Positions 1-9,676 of a DNA stretch of 64,000 nt are shown piece by piece. Made by a program: the position numbers and the translations under genes. How positions within the stretch are numbered: the first letter of the stretch is position 1; every line of letters starts with the position of its first letter. Location of the stretch: the IMG/VR virus record IMGVR_UViG_3300032218_002851, positions 25,858-89,857 of that record, one strand, 5' to 3'. The DNA is from a virus (lineage: Duplodnaviria; Caudoviricetes). Under the pieces are notes generated by a model that searched no databases, was not told where the DNA came from, and was given only the letters and a program-made list of their open reading frames with translations.

Positions 1-1
1 G

Positions 2-409
2 ATTATCGAGAATGCTGTAAATTCCACCGCTGACCGGGGGTGTTTCCACATCTTCCACATACAGTTCAGCTTCGTGGCCACGAATCTTGATATCGTGTTC
101 ATCGTTCCAGATTTTTTTCTTGGCAGTATAGAATGCTTCTGCTAGGTCGTCACATTGCAAATCACTGTAACGTGTGACTACATGAATATCAAAGTCTGAA
201 TAATCAGTGTAGTTATAGTTAGCCATGCTGCCAGTCAGCACAATATCCAATGTTTCAAAATCAGGAATATCCAGTGATTCACGAAATACAGTGGCAATCT
301 GCATGAGTTTTTTGCGAACTTCAGGTCGTAGTTTTTCGCCCTGCCATGCCAAAGGACAAAGTTTACTGTGGTATTCTACATTGCTTTTGGTGTAATCATC
401 AAGTCTCAT
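2..409 (-). CDS. Pol-beta-superfamily nucleotidyltransferase (3' end runs off the window)
   Basis: Not in ORF track; manual translation MRLDDYTKSNVEYHSKLCPLAWQGEKLRPEVRKKL...IVLTGSMANYNYTDYSDFDIHV...ELYVED, with the GS...DxD NTase motif; frame open to the window edge. Confidence 0.75.
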   Translation of the reverse strand, partial: MRLDDYTKSNVEYHSKLCPLAWQGEKLRPEVRKKLMQIATVFRESLDIPDFETLDIVLTGSMANYNYTDYSDFDIHVVTRYSDLQCDDLAEAFYTAKKKIWNDEHDIKIRGHEAELYVEDVETPPVSGGIYSILDN

Positions 410-791
410 TGCGTAAATCTTTTAGTAAATCAGGATGTGCATGATCGAAATGACGCATAACAATACCAGCCACCGAATTTGCTTCGTTTTCTTGAGGACT
501 GCCAGTGTGACCAGCTTTTGGACCAAGTTCGCCGCGCAATTCTTGTCGCCAATGTACCAATTCATGTGCTAGAGTGCGAAGTACATCAATCACATGGCGA
601 TTGCCTGCTACAACTCTGATATTACCATCATGATACTTGCCGAAAGTTCCGTCTAGGCCAGTGTCTAGAAAAATAATTTTAGGCAGTTCTTTTATTCCCA
701 GTCTTTTTTGGGCAAAAGGTATAAATCTCACAAGAATTTTTTCTAATTTGGGGTGGCTTACACCTTCGATGCTGAAATCATTTGCTCTCAT
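399..791 (-). CDS. zincin-like metallopeptidase (HExxH)
   Basis: RTLAHELVHWRQ motif plus downstream ENEAN glutamate; TAAATA motif at 799-804. Confidence 0.7.
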   Translation of the reverse strand: MRANDFSIEGVSHPKLEKILVRFIPFAQKRLGIKELPKIIFLDTGLDGTFGKYHDGNIRVVAGNRHVIDVLRTLAHELVHWRQELRGELGPKAGHTGSPQENEANSVAGIVMRHFDHAHPDLLKDLRNET

Positions 792-801
792 AATGATATA
801 T

Positions 802-2679
802 TTAGTTTCGCTTACGCATTATATCAATTGCTTTGGCTGTTCGTTTGGTCATTTGTTCACGATCAATAAAATCTGTTATATCCATTGTTCGCAAGTCATA
901 GTCTGTTTGTTTTAGATTGTTGTCGTTAATAAATATTAATGCCTCAATGCGAGCCTCAGGCCAAATTGTACCGGGAAAATACGCAACAGCTTGCGTTGGG
1001 TTTGTCTTTTTAACTAATTTATATCCCTCTGATGCTTTTCCAGCAGTTTTTTCTCTGACCACTTCACTTGCCCAAAGCTTTTTAAATGTGCTGATGTTTA
1101 TTTTTTTAGAAAAGTATTGGCTGATCAGCGTGGACATATAGTTAGAAGGCACATCTGGCTGCAAAATTTTATACAGCTTTTTTGCATATTCTTCTTGGGC
1201 AGCATTTGGATCATTGGCAATTGTCATGGCTTTGGCAACTCTTAGTAACACAAAATTCAGTTTTTCTACATCATCAAAGTAGTTTGGAGCAGCACTAGCA
1301 GTGGGCTGGCCGTCTTTGGCTGCATCATACGCATGACCCACGCTGCGTATTTCTACATAGTCCTTTCGTGGATTAATACTGAAGTATTTGCCAAAATCAA
1401 ACTGTATCAAAGCTTGTTGTATACTTTGGTAATACCCATCGCGCAATGCTGAAATAGCCTGGTTTATGTTTTCAGTATTTTGAGATGCGAGTTTCTCAAC
1501 AAATGATTGTGTAAAGTTATTGCTTAGTCGTCTAAAAAGAGAGAGTATTTGTTTGTCGCCGAGAAATACAGCGAATTTCACCAAGTCTATATTCATCACA
1601 GGCAAGCTGACGTTTATGTGAAATCCTGTGCTGGGATTGCTTTTGCCGCCGCATTCTTTCACCCAATCAAAAAATTTAGGTAATATAGCAAGACAACTTT
1701 GCAGTGACATAGGTGGAGAAACAATCTCACACGGCAGTTCATTTGGCGCATAATCCTTGATACTGGAATCTGGTTCTATTATCCATGTATCTTTGATTCT
1801 TGGTATGCCGTGATAAGCACTACTGAAATCTACTTTTACACCTAGATATTCGCGCAAAGAATCAGCTATTGTGGCAGCATTGGCGTTGGAAAAACCTAAT
1901 GCAGAGTCAAGATTGCCACTCAGAGTTAAATATGGCCAAGGTAGATCTAATATATTGGCTGCACTCTTCATATCCACAATTCTTTTTGTCTCTAAAAAAT
2001 GCGTTAAAAATTCGGGTGCATCATACCGTTCATAATAGGATTCTGTAAATTTTTTCTTTACTCTTTGATATAATTCATTTTTCGTAGAAATAGCATCTTC
2101 AATTACATTTTCTAGTTCAACCAATGCATCCCGGCGTGCTTGAAGATATCTGTTAGCCAAGTCGTTTTGTTCAACATTTAGATTGTCGCTGCCATCGTTC
2201 TTCCAATTCTGATAAGATTGGTGCGCAAGTTTAATTTGTTTATCACTGAGCCCTTGAGATTTTAGTAGGTCGTGGGTTGTCTTTTCTCGTAATCCGTTGT
2301 TTCTAAGAACCTCGTCAAACACTTTTCGATATTCATGAAAGGCAAAATCTGATTCTATTTTATCCACGAACCAAGATTTATATAACAGCTTTAACGCATC
2401 GACTTTTTTTTGTACCAGTGAGCGTGGCGTGCGGACAGAACCGGTGGCTGATGAGAAAAAATCAATGATCTTATTCCAGCTTACGCCAGCCTCTGGATTT
2501 AATAATTTATTTTTAGAATAGTCTGGACTTTCTTTTTTTTGTAATCCGGTTTGAGTTAATATCAACTCTGCTTCAAATCCAACTTTAATACCTTCTGTTG
2601 CCTTGCCCTGAGCAAATTTTTCCAAAGTCTTTGGCGTAATTTTGATTTCACTCAGAGGTTTGATTTCACCATATCTCAT
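802..2679 (-). CDS. putative amidoligase (COOH-NH2 ligase, glutamine-synthetase fold), paralog 1
   Basis: Motifs GFEAEL, IEPDSSI, EIVSPP, STGFHINVS, KYFSIN, YVEIRS. Confidence 0.75.
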   Translation of the reverse strand: MRYGEIKPLSEIKITPKTLEKFAQGKATEGIKVGFEAELILTQTGLQKKESPDYSKNKLLNPEAGVSWNKIIDFFSSATGSVRTPRSLVQKKVDALKLLYKSWFVDKIESDFAFHEYRKVFDEVLRNNGLREKTTHDLLKSQGLSDKQIKLAHQSYQNWKNDGSDNLNVEQNDLANRYLQARRDALVELENVIEDAISTKNELYQRVKKKFTESYYERYDAPEFLTHFLETKRIVDMKSAANILDLPWPYLTLSGNLDSALGFSNANAATIADSLREYLGVKVDFSSAYHGIPRIKDTWIIEPDSSIKDYAPNELPCEIVSPPMSLQSCLAILPKFFDWVKECGGKSNPSTGFHINVSLPVMNIDLVKFAVFLGDKQILSLFRRLSNNFTQSFVEKLASQNTENINQAISALRDGYYQSIQQALIQFDFGKYFSINPRKDYVEIRSVGHAYDAAKDGQPTASAAPNYFDDVEKLNFVLLRVAKAMTIANDPNAAQEEYAKKLYKILQPDVPSNYMSTLISQYFSKKINISTFKKLWASEVVREKTAGKASEGYKLVKKTNPTQAVAYFPGTIWPEARIEALIFINDNNLKQTDYDLRTMDITDFIDREQMTKRTAKAIDIMRKRN

Positions 2680-4880
2680 CGGATTTGCCTGATATCCAGA
2701 TCATCGAATGTCATGTTAGCAAACATATCTGCTGGATAAGGTTTTTTGATTGCTGCTTGCCAAGCATCGTGTTCATTAGCAGCATCTACTTCTAGATAAC
2801 GAGTATCGTGATTAGTTCCTGCATAGCGTTTGAATCCCACCATATAGCGTTTTAGTTTGGTGGATGATTTTGGTTCGTCAGTCTTTTTTGAACTGCTGAT
2901 TTTTTGGGCTAGTAGTTGGCGCTGAGTAGCAAGATCACTGATTTCACTGCCTTCTGCCTTGTTGATTTCATAACCATATTTTAAAAAGTCTCGTAGTGAT
3001 CCATTGCCGTATTTGTTGAATGCTGCTCGCAATGCCTCCCACCCAATCATATCAGGTAAAAACATCACCTGCTCTTGATTTATATCAGATATAACCCAAT
3101 CATGTTTTTTAAAGTCTGATGTATCTTGTTGTTCTTTGGGCTTGACAGATGCAAGTACCTTGTCGGCCCATTCTTTTTTAAGAGTGTTTGAATTGATCAA
3201 CCCTACCATGTATTTGCAGAATAATCCAATGATATCATCCATTTCGGTTGGATCTACTGAAACTCTGGATCCTTTGGTTCTTACATCAGAAGAAGCAAAT
3301 TTTGTCTGATGATATTTCGTAAAGCCTTTTGCGGTAGACTCAGGATCAGTGTCTTTTGGATTCCAATATTTCAGAATGGTCGGTGATAATACTTTATACA
3401 ACTTCTTGAAGTATTCATTTCGTTCTGCTTCAGGATTTGCAGCAATATACATTGCCTGAGCATAGCGCATTAAAGTGTTTTTCAATTTGTCAATATCATC
3501 AAAATAATCTTTTCCGCCGGCGCTGCGAAATTCTACATAATTTGCTTTAGGATTAATACTGAAATATTTGCCAAATCCTTGGCCGCCAGCGGAACTCTGA
3601 TGTATCATAAAATGTGATGCATCGGTTATTCCCTTGCGCAAATCTTCAAATGCACGTATCAGCATTGCTGTGTCTCTGGCTGCATTGGCCGGGCTATGAT
3701 TGGACCTTATATTTTTGATTGTGGTTTTTATTCTTTTTAAAAAACTTTCTGCATATGTACTATTTTGTCTTTTAAACTGCTTTAGCACATATTCATCACC
3801 CAGAAATAATGCTAATTTAACGGTATCAAGATTTGCAGTAGTCTGACTAGACAAGCTGACACCCATGTGAAATCCTGTGCTTTTGTTTGAATAAGCATTA
3901 TTATCTTTTGCCCATGCAAAAAATTCAGGCAACCAATACTCTACTACTTCTTTCAACGGCTTGGGTGGACTTATAATTTCAATCGGTAAATCTCTCATAT
4001 CATCAACGATAATACTGCTATCTGCTTCAAATACCCAGTTATTCCCGTCTCTTGTGGCAGTATGATAGCCTGAACTGACTTTAACGGTTTCCTCACGGAA
4101 TGTGCGTCTAAAATCATCTGCCAAGTCTCTAGCAGAAGCTTCAACATATTCGCCCTGTTCATCACCGACGGCTATAAAAGGCCATTCAAGATCGTATGCA
4201 TTAGCTACTTCCATCATTGAATCATATGTCTGTTGTACCCAGTAATCTTCATCGAGATCAAACTCGTCGGTAAATTCATCTCTTGCTTGACTCCAGTATA
4301 CTCCTTGGGATCTTATCTCATCTTCTACTTTTTCTTCAAACTCTGCGTTAGCAGCGTCATATGCTTCATCATAAGTTTCTCGGTCCACGCTGTCACCACG
4401 CCGTAAGATGCGTTCAACATCTTCTTCTGAATATTTGTTGCGTAGTTTATCAGCAACTTCGATTTCTTCGTCCCATGATTCTTGGCGCATTAGTTCAGTA
4501 ACTAGTTCAAGTTCAGATTCTGCAAACGATTCATCAATTTGTTTATCAACCCAGACACGATATTCCTCTCGCATTTCATATTCTAATCTTTGTCTGCCAG
4601 TCCGCGCTAATCCAAGATTAAAATCATCATTTGAGAAGAAACGTAGTACGTCCGGGATGCTGACTGGTCTTTCATCCATTTCATAATCTGGCTCCCCTTG
4701 TATGTTTGAATCTTGCACACCCATTCCTTCAAATACCAATTCAGCTTCAAAGCCAGCCATCATGCCTTCAGCAGCAGGACTGTTCATGAACTTGGTAAGC
4801 GCGGTAGGATCCATGCGTACTTCATCTAAAATTTGCTCAGATTCTTTTTTTGGTGCTAACTTGAAGTCTTTAAATTTCAT
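2676..4880 (-). CDS. putative amidoligase, paralog 2, with a large acidic insertion
   Basis: Motifs GFEAEL, FEADSSI, EIISPP, STGFHMGVS, KYFSIN, YVEFRS; ATGA overlap with paralog 1. Confidence 0.75.
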   Translation of the reverse strand: MKFKDFKLAPKKESEQILDEVRMDPTALTKFMNSPAAEGMMAGFEAELVFEGMGVQDSNIQGEPDYEMDERPVSIPDVLRFFSNDDFNLGLARTGRQRLEYEMREEYRVWVDKQIDESFAESELELVTELMRQESWDEEIEVADKLRNKYSEEDVERILRRGDSVDRETYDEAYDAANAEFEEKVEDEIRSQGVYWSQARDEFTDEFDLDEDYWVQQTYDSMMEVANAYDLEWPFIAVGDEQGEYVEASARDLADDFRRTFREETVKVSSGYHTATRDGNNWVFEADSSIIVDDMRDLPIEIISPPKPLKEVVEYWLPEFFAWAKDNNAYSNKSTGFHMGVSLSSQTTANLDTVKLALFLGDEYVLKQFKRQNSTYAESFLKRIKTTIKNIRSNHSPANAARDTAMLIRAFEDLRKGITDASHFMIHQSSAGGQGFGKYFSINPKANYVEFRSAGGKDYFDDIDKLKNTLMRYAQAMYIAANPEAERNEYFKKLYKVLSPTILKYWNPKDTDPESTAKGFTKYHQTKFASSDVRTKGSRVSVDPTEMDDIIGLFCKYMVGLINSNTLKKEWADKVLASVKPKEQQDTSDFKKHDWVISDINQEQVMFLPDMIGWEALRAAFNKYGNGSLRDFLKYGYEINKAEGSEISDLATQRQLLAQKISSSKKTDEPKSSTKLKRYMVGFKRYAGTNHDTRYLEVDAANEHDAWQAAIKKPYPADMFANMTFDDLDIRQIR

Positions 4881-4893
4881 TTTTTATCTTCCT

Positions 4894-5703
4894 TTAGTCT
4901 GAGCTTGACCCACATTTCTGGCGCTTAAGATTAGTCAGCTGACCATAATCAACAGGCCATTCTTTGCCCGGCTGAAGCTCTATTGCGCCTTCGGGAAATG
5001 CAAACCGAACGCCAGCTGCTTGTTCGATTTGGGCAATGGGTAATCTGAACTTAGTAAGGTCTGTGCCTAACTTTTCTGCATGAGGAAATAACCAGCCTGC
5101 GACTTGTTTTGTTTGGTCATCTATTACAATCTTATAGAACGCATGAGGAACTACAACATGATTTTTTCCAATCTGCTTGTCTTGGGCATTGTAGATACCA
5201 CCTACATAAACAGTAAAGCTCTGATTTAACTGAACAGTCCATCCACGGACACTGGTTTCTAGTAACTTCCATATTGCCCTATTAAATCCAGGCAGCTGCG
5301 GACTCATATTAGTCATGAGAAATGATTCATATTCCACTTGTTGATCCCAGCTTAGATCTCCGTCTGGACTCATATGACCTTTATCATAGCCAGTACCTGC
5401 ATAATCGTCTGCAACAGCGCCGCCAGGTACACTTTGGTCAGCCACAAAAGCATTAGTGCGTGCAACACAGCCTAGTGCATTTTGTGGACGTAGAGAATAA
5501 GTTACGAACTTAGGTAGTTTTGCTGCAGCGTCATATCCCACCAGATATGCTTGACGACAAATCGGAGCAACATCTGCTGTTTGTGGAAATCCATAAGGAC
5601 TGTGTACCTGACATTCCTGTAAAGGCAAAGGCTGACGTTGAGTCCATGCGTGAACTGTTATTGTGCAAAACAATAACATAATAGAAACTACTAGATTTTT
5701 CAT
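4894..5703 (-). CDS. DNA/RNA non-specific endonuclease (NucA-like, His-Me finger), with signal peptide
   Basis: YDKGHMSP, FLMTNMSPQ, FNRAIWKLLE, VPHAFYKIV motifs; start moved to ATG 5703 after a GGAGA RBS. Confidence 0.9.
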   Translation of the reverse strand: MKNLVVSIMLLFCTITVHAWTQRQPLPLQECQVHSPYGFPQTADVAPICRQAYLVGYDAAAKLPKFVTYSLRPQNALGCVARTNAFVADQSVPGGAVADDYAGTGYDKGHMSPDGDLSWDQQVEYESFLMTNMSPQLPGFNRAIWKLLETSVRGWTVQLNQSFTVYVGGIYNAQDKQIGKNHVVVPHAFYKIVIDDQTKQVAGWLFPHAEKLGTDLTKFRLPIAQIEQAAGVRFAFPEGAIELQPGKEWPVDYGQLTNLKRQKCGSSSD

Positions 5704-5761
5704 ACTTGATTCTCCAATATAAAGTATCAAGTATTTATCTGCTAGCTACTGTCGGCTTATT

Positions 5762-6253
5762 CTAACATTTAGAGAGGTCCTGGTATTTGAACCATTTATG
5801 TGCGTCGTGCACTGTTTTTAAATATAATCCGTTCATGGCTAATCGCTCACGCCATGCAAAAAAACTAGGTCCATGTCCGTTGCCGCCAGTGTATATATCT
5901 CTCCCGTGCAGCTGACGATGTTCCCAACGATATATATCCCAAACAAATTGGTGAACCATTTCATGCGCTAGTATGTTAATAAGCCATTGTTGGCAGAACC
6001 ACTTGTCAGATAATCGCATCCAGCAATAGCTGCCAGTCTGTTGTAGATCATTTTCCCAATGACATACACCCCAAACCTTATGAATGCGACCGACAAATAT
6101 AACAGGAGATTTTAGCTGACCGTCAAAACAGTTTTGGTTAATCAACTCGTAATAATAATCGATTTCGTCAAGAGATGGACGATATTGCAGTTTGCGTTGA
6201 TAGGTCTTGCTGGGCAGTGGCTGTTGCATTAGCCTCTTGATAAGGTCAGACAT
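5762..6253 (-). CDS. SprT-like zinc metalloprotease
   Basis: ILAHEMVHQ and HGPSFFAW motifs. Confidence 0.8.
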   Translation of the reverse strand: MSDLIKRLMQQPLPSKTYQRKLQYRPSLDEIDYYYELINQNCFDGQLKSPVIFVGRIHKVWGVCHWENDLQQTGSYCWMRLSDKWFCQQWLINILAHEMVHQFVWDIYRWEHRQLHGRDIYTGGNGHGPSFFAWRERLAMNGLYLKTVHDAHKWFKYQDLSKC

Positions 6254-6255
6254 AT

Positions 6256-6293
6256 TGGTCCTCTTTGGTATTTACGTGAACCAAAGAGGACCA
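6256..6293 (-). promoter_or_regulatory. 14-bp hairpin that pairs the RBS and contains a TAAATA late-promoter motif
   Basis: Arms TGGTCCTCTTTGGT / ACCAAAGAGGACCA; TAAATA at 6269-6274; AGAGGA RBS lies in the 3' arm, just upstream of ATG 6253. Confidence 0.7.
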
Positions 6294-6306
6294 TAATGTA
6301 TGTAGT

Positions 6307-6468
6307 TTACGACATTCGTCGCTTGTAGTAAGTCACTGCGTCAACCAATGCCTGTTCGGCAGTCTTTTTGTCAGTATTGCCTTCAGTCATGATATATCGC
6401 ACAGCATCACGAGTGTTTAGCTGACGGTGAAAGGTAGCCTGGATAGCTGCATTTTCGATATTGTTCAT
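6307..6468 (-). CDS. small hypothetical protein (53 aa)
   Basis: Manual translation MNNIENAAIQATFHRQLNTRDAVRYIMTEG...; ATG overlaps the upstream stop; GGAGA RBS. Confidence 0.65.
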   Translation of the reverse strand: MNNIENAAIQATFHRQLNTRDAVRYIMTEGNTDKKTAEQALVDAVTYYKRRMS

Positions 6469-6722
6469 TTAGTCTTCTCCTTGTTGATAATACTTTTGGT
6501 CTTTAGTGCCTCGATAATAGTTTTGATATGTGACTTCAATACTGTATCGCTGATCTGATCAGGTATGCTAGATCGAGGCCATTCGATAAGAAATGGGCAG
6601 CAATCACGCCAGGATCCATTTTCAATATAGTGTTGAAACTCCTTGAGGTCCTCAAGATCATTGGGATTGAAATATCGTTTAGGTGCTGTAATCAGCACAC
6701 TTGCGCCGGCAGGTTTATACAT
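6465..6722 (-). CDS. hypothetical protein
   Basis: ORF track; coupled to its neighbours. Confidence 0.65.
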   Translation of the reverse strand: MYKPAGASVLITAPKRYFNPNDLEDLKEFQHYIENGSWRDCCPFLIEWPRSSIPDQISDTVLKSHIKTIIEALKTKSIINKEKTK

Positions 6723-6964
6723 TAGTTCCTCAAAAAAATATTACAGATACGTTGCGCATCACTGAGGTCCGTGACATTATCAGTCAATTCAAGCTCACGG
6801 ACTACTAGCTCGTTTTTAGCACGCTGAAGTAATTCCAGTGCATATTCTAGATCGTCTAAACTAACCACTGTGGCCCATGCCTGCCACTGAGTATCAGTGC
6901 GGAGGCTTTGAAGGAAACGGAGGTTACTGAGGTCATGTTCATTGAAAGAAGAATAAAGATACAT
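6722..6964 (-). CDS. hypothetical protein
   Basis: ORF track, start moved to MYLYSS to avoid overlap with the upstream small gene. Confidence 0.55.
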   Translation of the reverse strand: MYLYSSFNEHDLSNLRFLQSLRTDTQWQAWATVVSLDDLEYALELLQRAKNELVVRELELTDNVTDLSDAQRICNIFLRN

Positions 6965-6965
6965 T

Positions 6966-7145
6966 TTAGCACACCAAATATTTACCGAATGCATCATGAA
7001 GATCGATGTTTGCCTCAAACCATTCATCAGTTCCCCACATACATTGGTCTATAGCCGTCAACATGATTTGAAAATCATCTGACAGTTCAGTGGGGATCAG
7101 ATAATGATTACAGTCGTAATCACGAACCTGAATTGCATCAATCAT
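6966..7145 (-). CDS. small acidic hypothetical protein (59 aa)
   Basis: Manual translation MIDAIQVRDYDCNHYLIPTELSDDFQIML...GKYLVC; AAGGAA RBS. Confidence 0.6.
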   Translation of the reverse strand: MIDAIQVRDYDCNHYLIPTELSDDFQIMLTAIDQCMWGTDEWFEANIDLHDAFGKYLVC

Positions 7146-7164
7146 AATATATTTCCTTTAACTG

Positions 7165-7581
7165 TTATTTGTCTGAATCAATTGCTTCTGATAGTTTACG
7201 GAATTCATCCCGGTCATCATAATCTACAAACCATTCACCACGCCAAATGTAATTGTACTCTTCAAAATGGCAATTTTGCTGATAGTCATTGAAATCATCG
7301 TATTGCTTTGTTGCTACACCAGCTTCTCCGCGATCGCGGCCGTAGTATACGGTGCAATCTGTCTCTGGAAAACTAAAAGAGTGCTTTTCAGTTTTTGGCT
7401 CAATGTACTTGCCCAGAACACTGATGTCACCCAGTTTGACAAGCTCAGTTGCCAGATTCTGGCTGTTGTAATGTTTCAAGAGAATTAATCCGTTGTGAGA
7501 CAGGTAACCATCCCAATGACAATAGACCATTTGGATCTGTCCATTGTCGAGTTCAACTGCGATAGTACTACGTGTGGCCAT
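7165..7581 (-). CDS. phage early hypothetical protein (YCHWDGY motif)
   Basis: MATRSTIAV...VYCHWDGY; AAGGA RBS before ATG 7581. Confidence 0.7.
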   Translation of the reverse strand: MATRSTIAVELDNGQIQMVYCHWDGYLSHNGLILLKHYNSQNLATELVKLGDISVLGKYIEPKTEKHSFSFPETDCTVYYGRDRGEAGVATKQYDDFNDYQQNCHFEEYNYIWRGEWFVDYDDRDEFRKLSEAIDSDK

Positions 7582-7607
7582 TGTAATTGATCCTTTATTA
7601 ACAGGAG

Positions 7608-8021
7608 TTAGATGAGTGCGTAGGGTTTGTTCCACTTGCCGATGTTCACATCCACATACCAGCCCACATCAAAATAATCGCTCATGATATCACTGCGGTC
7701 ATGATTGCCTGCATTTAGGGCGGGCACAACTTCCATGAGGAAATTCAAGGCTTTGCCAGAGAAATGTTCGTGATACCAATACGGATTGACGCAGACGCTA
7801 CCCACCGCCTTGTTAAAAACGCGACCTTGGTCACGGAAGCGAGCAAGTTCACCAGCGATTTCGTTGAAGTTGCTGATAAAGTCGATTGGACCTTGAGTTA
7901 CCGTCAGCACCAAGGTCATGTGATTTTTAACGCTAATCGATCCTTTGAGGCCGTATTTCTTAAGGATAGCCTTGACCGTCGGCGCAATTTCCGCTTTCTT
8001 TTCTTGTGACATGTAAGCCAT
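7608..8021 (-). CDS. phage early hypothetical protein
   Basis: ORF track; GAGG RBS; directly downstream of an early promoter. Confidence 0.75.
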   Translation of the reverse strand: MAYMSQEKKAEIAPTVKAILKKYGLKGSISVKNHMTLVLTVTQGPIDFISNFNEIAGELARFRDQGRVFNKAVGSVCVNPYWYHEHFSGKALNFLMEVVPALNAGNHDRSDIMSDYFDVGWYVDVNIGKWNKPYALI

Positions 8022-8054
8022 TTTTGTGACCTCGTTCAGTGTTTCAGTGTGAAT

Positions 8055-8083
8055 ATATTAACAGATGAATGGTTGTTTGTCAA
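8055..8083 (-). promoter_or_regulatory. sigma70-type early promoter
   Basis: TTGACA, 17-bp spacer, TAATAT with upstream TG. Confidence 0.75.
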
Positions 8084-8088
8084 CCGTT

Positions 8089-8289
8089 TTAGAAAGTTCC
8101 TGAGCGAACCTTTTGATTGTACTGACTCATGAATGCGCAGATAAAATCTTCAACAGCCGCGTAGTCCAACTTGTCAGTGGGCTTCAGGCAGTGCCAGAAA
8201 CGATATGTCGCAGTAGGAAAGTCTGACCGGCGAACGTCGATGATATCAGTAACGCCACGCAGCTGGTCATAGCTAAAATCGTAGGACAT
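8089..8289 (-). CDS. hypothetical protein
   Basis: ORF track; GGAG RBS; own promoter. Confidence 0.65.
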   Translation of the reverse strand: MSYDFSYDQLRGVTDIIDVRRSDFPTATYRFWHCLKPTDKLDYAAVEDFICAFMSQYNQKVRSGTF

Positions 8290-8322
8290 GATTTGCGCTC
8301 CGTCGTTATTCAGTATGTGTGT

Positions 8323-8351
8323 ATATTACACGACCGAGCCAAATCTGTCAA
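8323..8351 (-). promoter_or_regulatory. sigma70-type early promoter
   Basis: TTGACA-17-TAATAT, extended TG. Confidence 0.75.
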
Positions 8352-8430
8352 CCGGCGGAAAGCAAAAAGTTTTGAAGCATTTGCAGCATCAATGTGCTGC
8401 TTGGTAAGCTGCCTTTCAAGTATTTTTCGC

Positions 8431-8499
8431 TAAGTGTTTGATATTGTTAGAAAAAGTGTCAGGACTGAGCCTGACACTTTTGTGTCTAAGTTGTTGATT
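8431..8499. promoter_or_regulatory. two IHF-consensus sites (8431-8443, 8487-8499) flanking a terminator
   Basis: Minus strand TATCAAACACTTA and AATCAACAACTTA both match WATCARNNNNTTR. Confidence 0.5.
8452..8481 (-). terminator. intrinsic terminator (possibly bidirectional)
   Basis: AAAAGTGTCAGG / CCTGACACTTTT 12-bp inverted repeat with T tracts. Confidence 0.7.
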
Positions 8500-8502
8500 T
8501 CT

Positions 8503-8718
8503 CTAGAGTTTTTCGCCGCAATGTTGACAACGTTTAGTGTTTTCATCTTTAATTGCTAGAATCAAATGCTTGAGTTCTTTGCATTCCTCAAGCATTCTTT
8601 TCAGATGCTGTTTCTTTCTATCTTTTTTAGGTTTCTTAATTTCTTCTTTAATCAACCCTTTGATCTTTTGAAACTGAGATTCCCAAACAGGAAGATAAGT
8701 TGGCAGCAACTTTTTCAT
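8503..8718 (-). CDS. hypothetical protein with C-terminal CxxC
   Basis: ORF track; ends CQHCGEKL. Confidence 0.6.
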   Translation of the reverse strand: MKKLLPTYLPVWESQFQKIKGLIKEEIKKPKKDRKKQHLKRMLEECKELKHLILAIKDENTKRCQHCGEKL

Positions 8719-8719
8719 A

Positions 8720-9667
8720 TTACTTAACCCATTCTTGTGCTTTTTGAGCTACTTTAGCGGGTAATGGAACATATCCATCTTTGACTACAATTTCTTGTCC
8801 AGTCTTTGATAGCACCATCTTCATAAATTCCTTTTCAAGAGGAGCAAGAGATTCATTAGGATGCTTGTTCACATAAACATACAAGTATCGAGCTAAAGGA
8901 TACTTACCGGAAATAGCATTTTCTGGTGTTGGTTCAATAGCCTCTCCACCGTCTTTACGAGAAAGAGGAAGAGCTTTAACGCTTGCAGTCTTATAACCAA
9001 TACCAGAGTACCCAATACCGTTCAATGATTTAGTAACACCTTGTACCACAGAAGCAGATCCGGGCTGCTCATTTACGTTACTCTTATAGTCGCCTTTACA
9101 AAGAGCAAACTCTTTAAAGTAACCGTATGTGCCTGATACTGAATTACGACCAAACATCTGAATGCGCTGATTGCCAAGATCACCAGTTACTCCTAGACCG
9201 CTCCACTGGCTAATGTCGTTATCGTGACCGCAAGCTCTTGTTGCAGAATAGATTGCATCAACTTGTGGGATAGAGATAGATGTGATCGGATTATCCTTAT
9301 GAACAAAGACGGCTAGAGCATCAATTGCTACTGGAATAGCCGTTGGCTTATATCCATACTTGCCTTCAAATGCCTCTACTTCTTCCGACTTCATCATACG
9401 ACTCATCGGACCTAGTGTTGCCGTGCCTTCAGTTAGAGCAGGAGGAGCCGTAGCTGAACCTGCTGCTTGAATCTGTACTGTGACATTAGGATAGAGACGT
9501 TTAAATTCTTCTGCCCAAAGTGACATAAGATTTGCAAGAGTATCAGACCCAACTGATGATAGCGTACCCGATACACCTTCTACTTTTTCGTAGGGAACAA
9601 TCTCCGCATCGATTGCTGATGCGGAGAAAGAGATTGTGGCAAGAATACTAAGTAATAGTTTTTTCAT
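8720..9667 (-). CDS. pstS: phosphate ABC transporter substrate-binding protein PstS
   Basis: Signal peptide; [38 protein letters not shown] motifs. Confidence 0.92.
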   Translation of the reverse strand: MKKLLLSILATISFSASAIDAEIVPYEKVEGVSGTLSSVGSDTLANLMSLWAEEFKRLYPNVTVQIQAAGSATAPPALTEGTATLGPMSRMMKSEEVEAFEGKYGYKPTAIPVAIDALAVFVHKDNPITSISIPQVDAIYSATRACGHDNDISQWSGLGVTGDLGNQRIQMFGRNSVSGTYGYFKEFALCKGDYKSNVNEQPGSASVVQGVTKSLNGIGYSGIGYKTASVKALPLSRKDGGEAIEPTPENAISGKYPLARYLYVYVNKHPNESLAPLEKEFMKMVLSKTGQEIVVKDGYVPLPAKVAQKAQEWVK

Positions 9668-9676
9668 AAATGCTCC

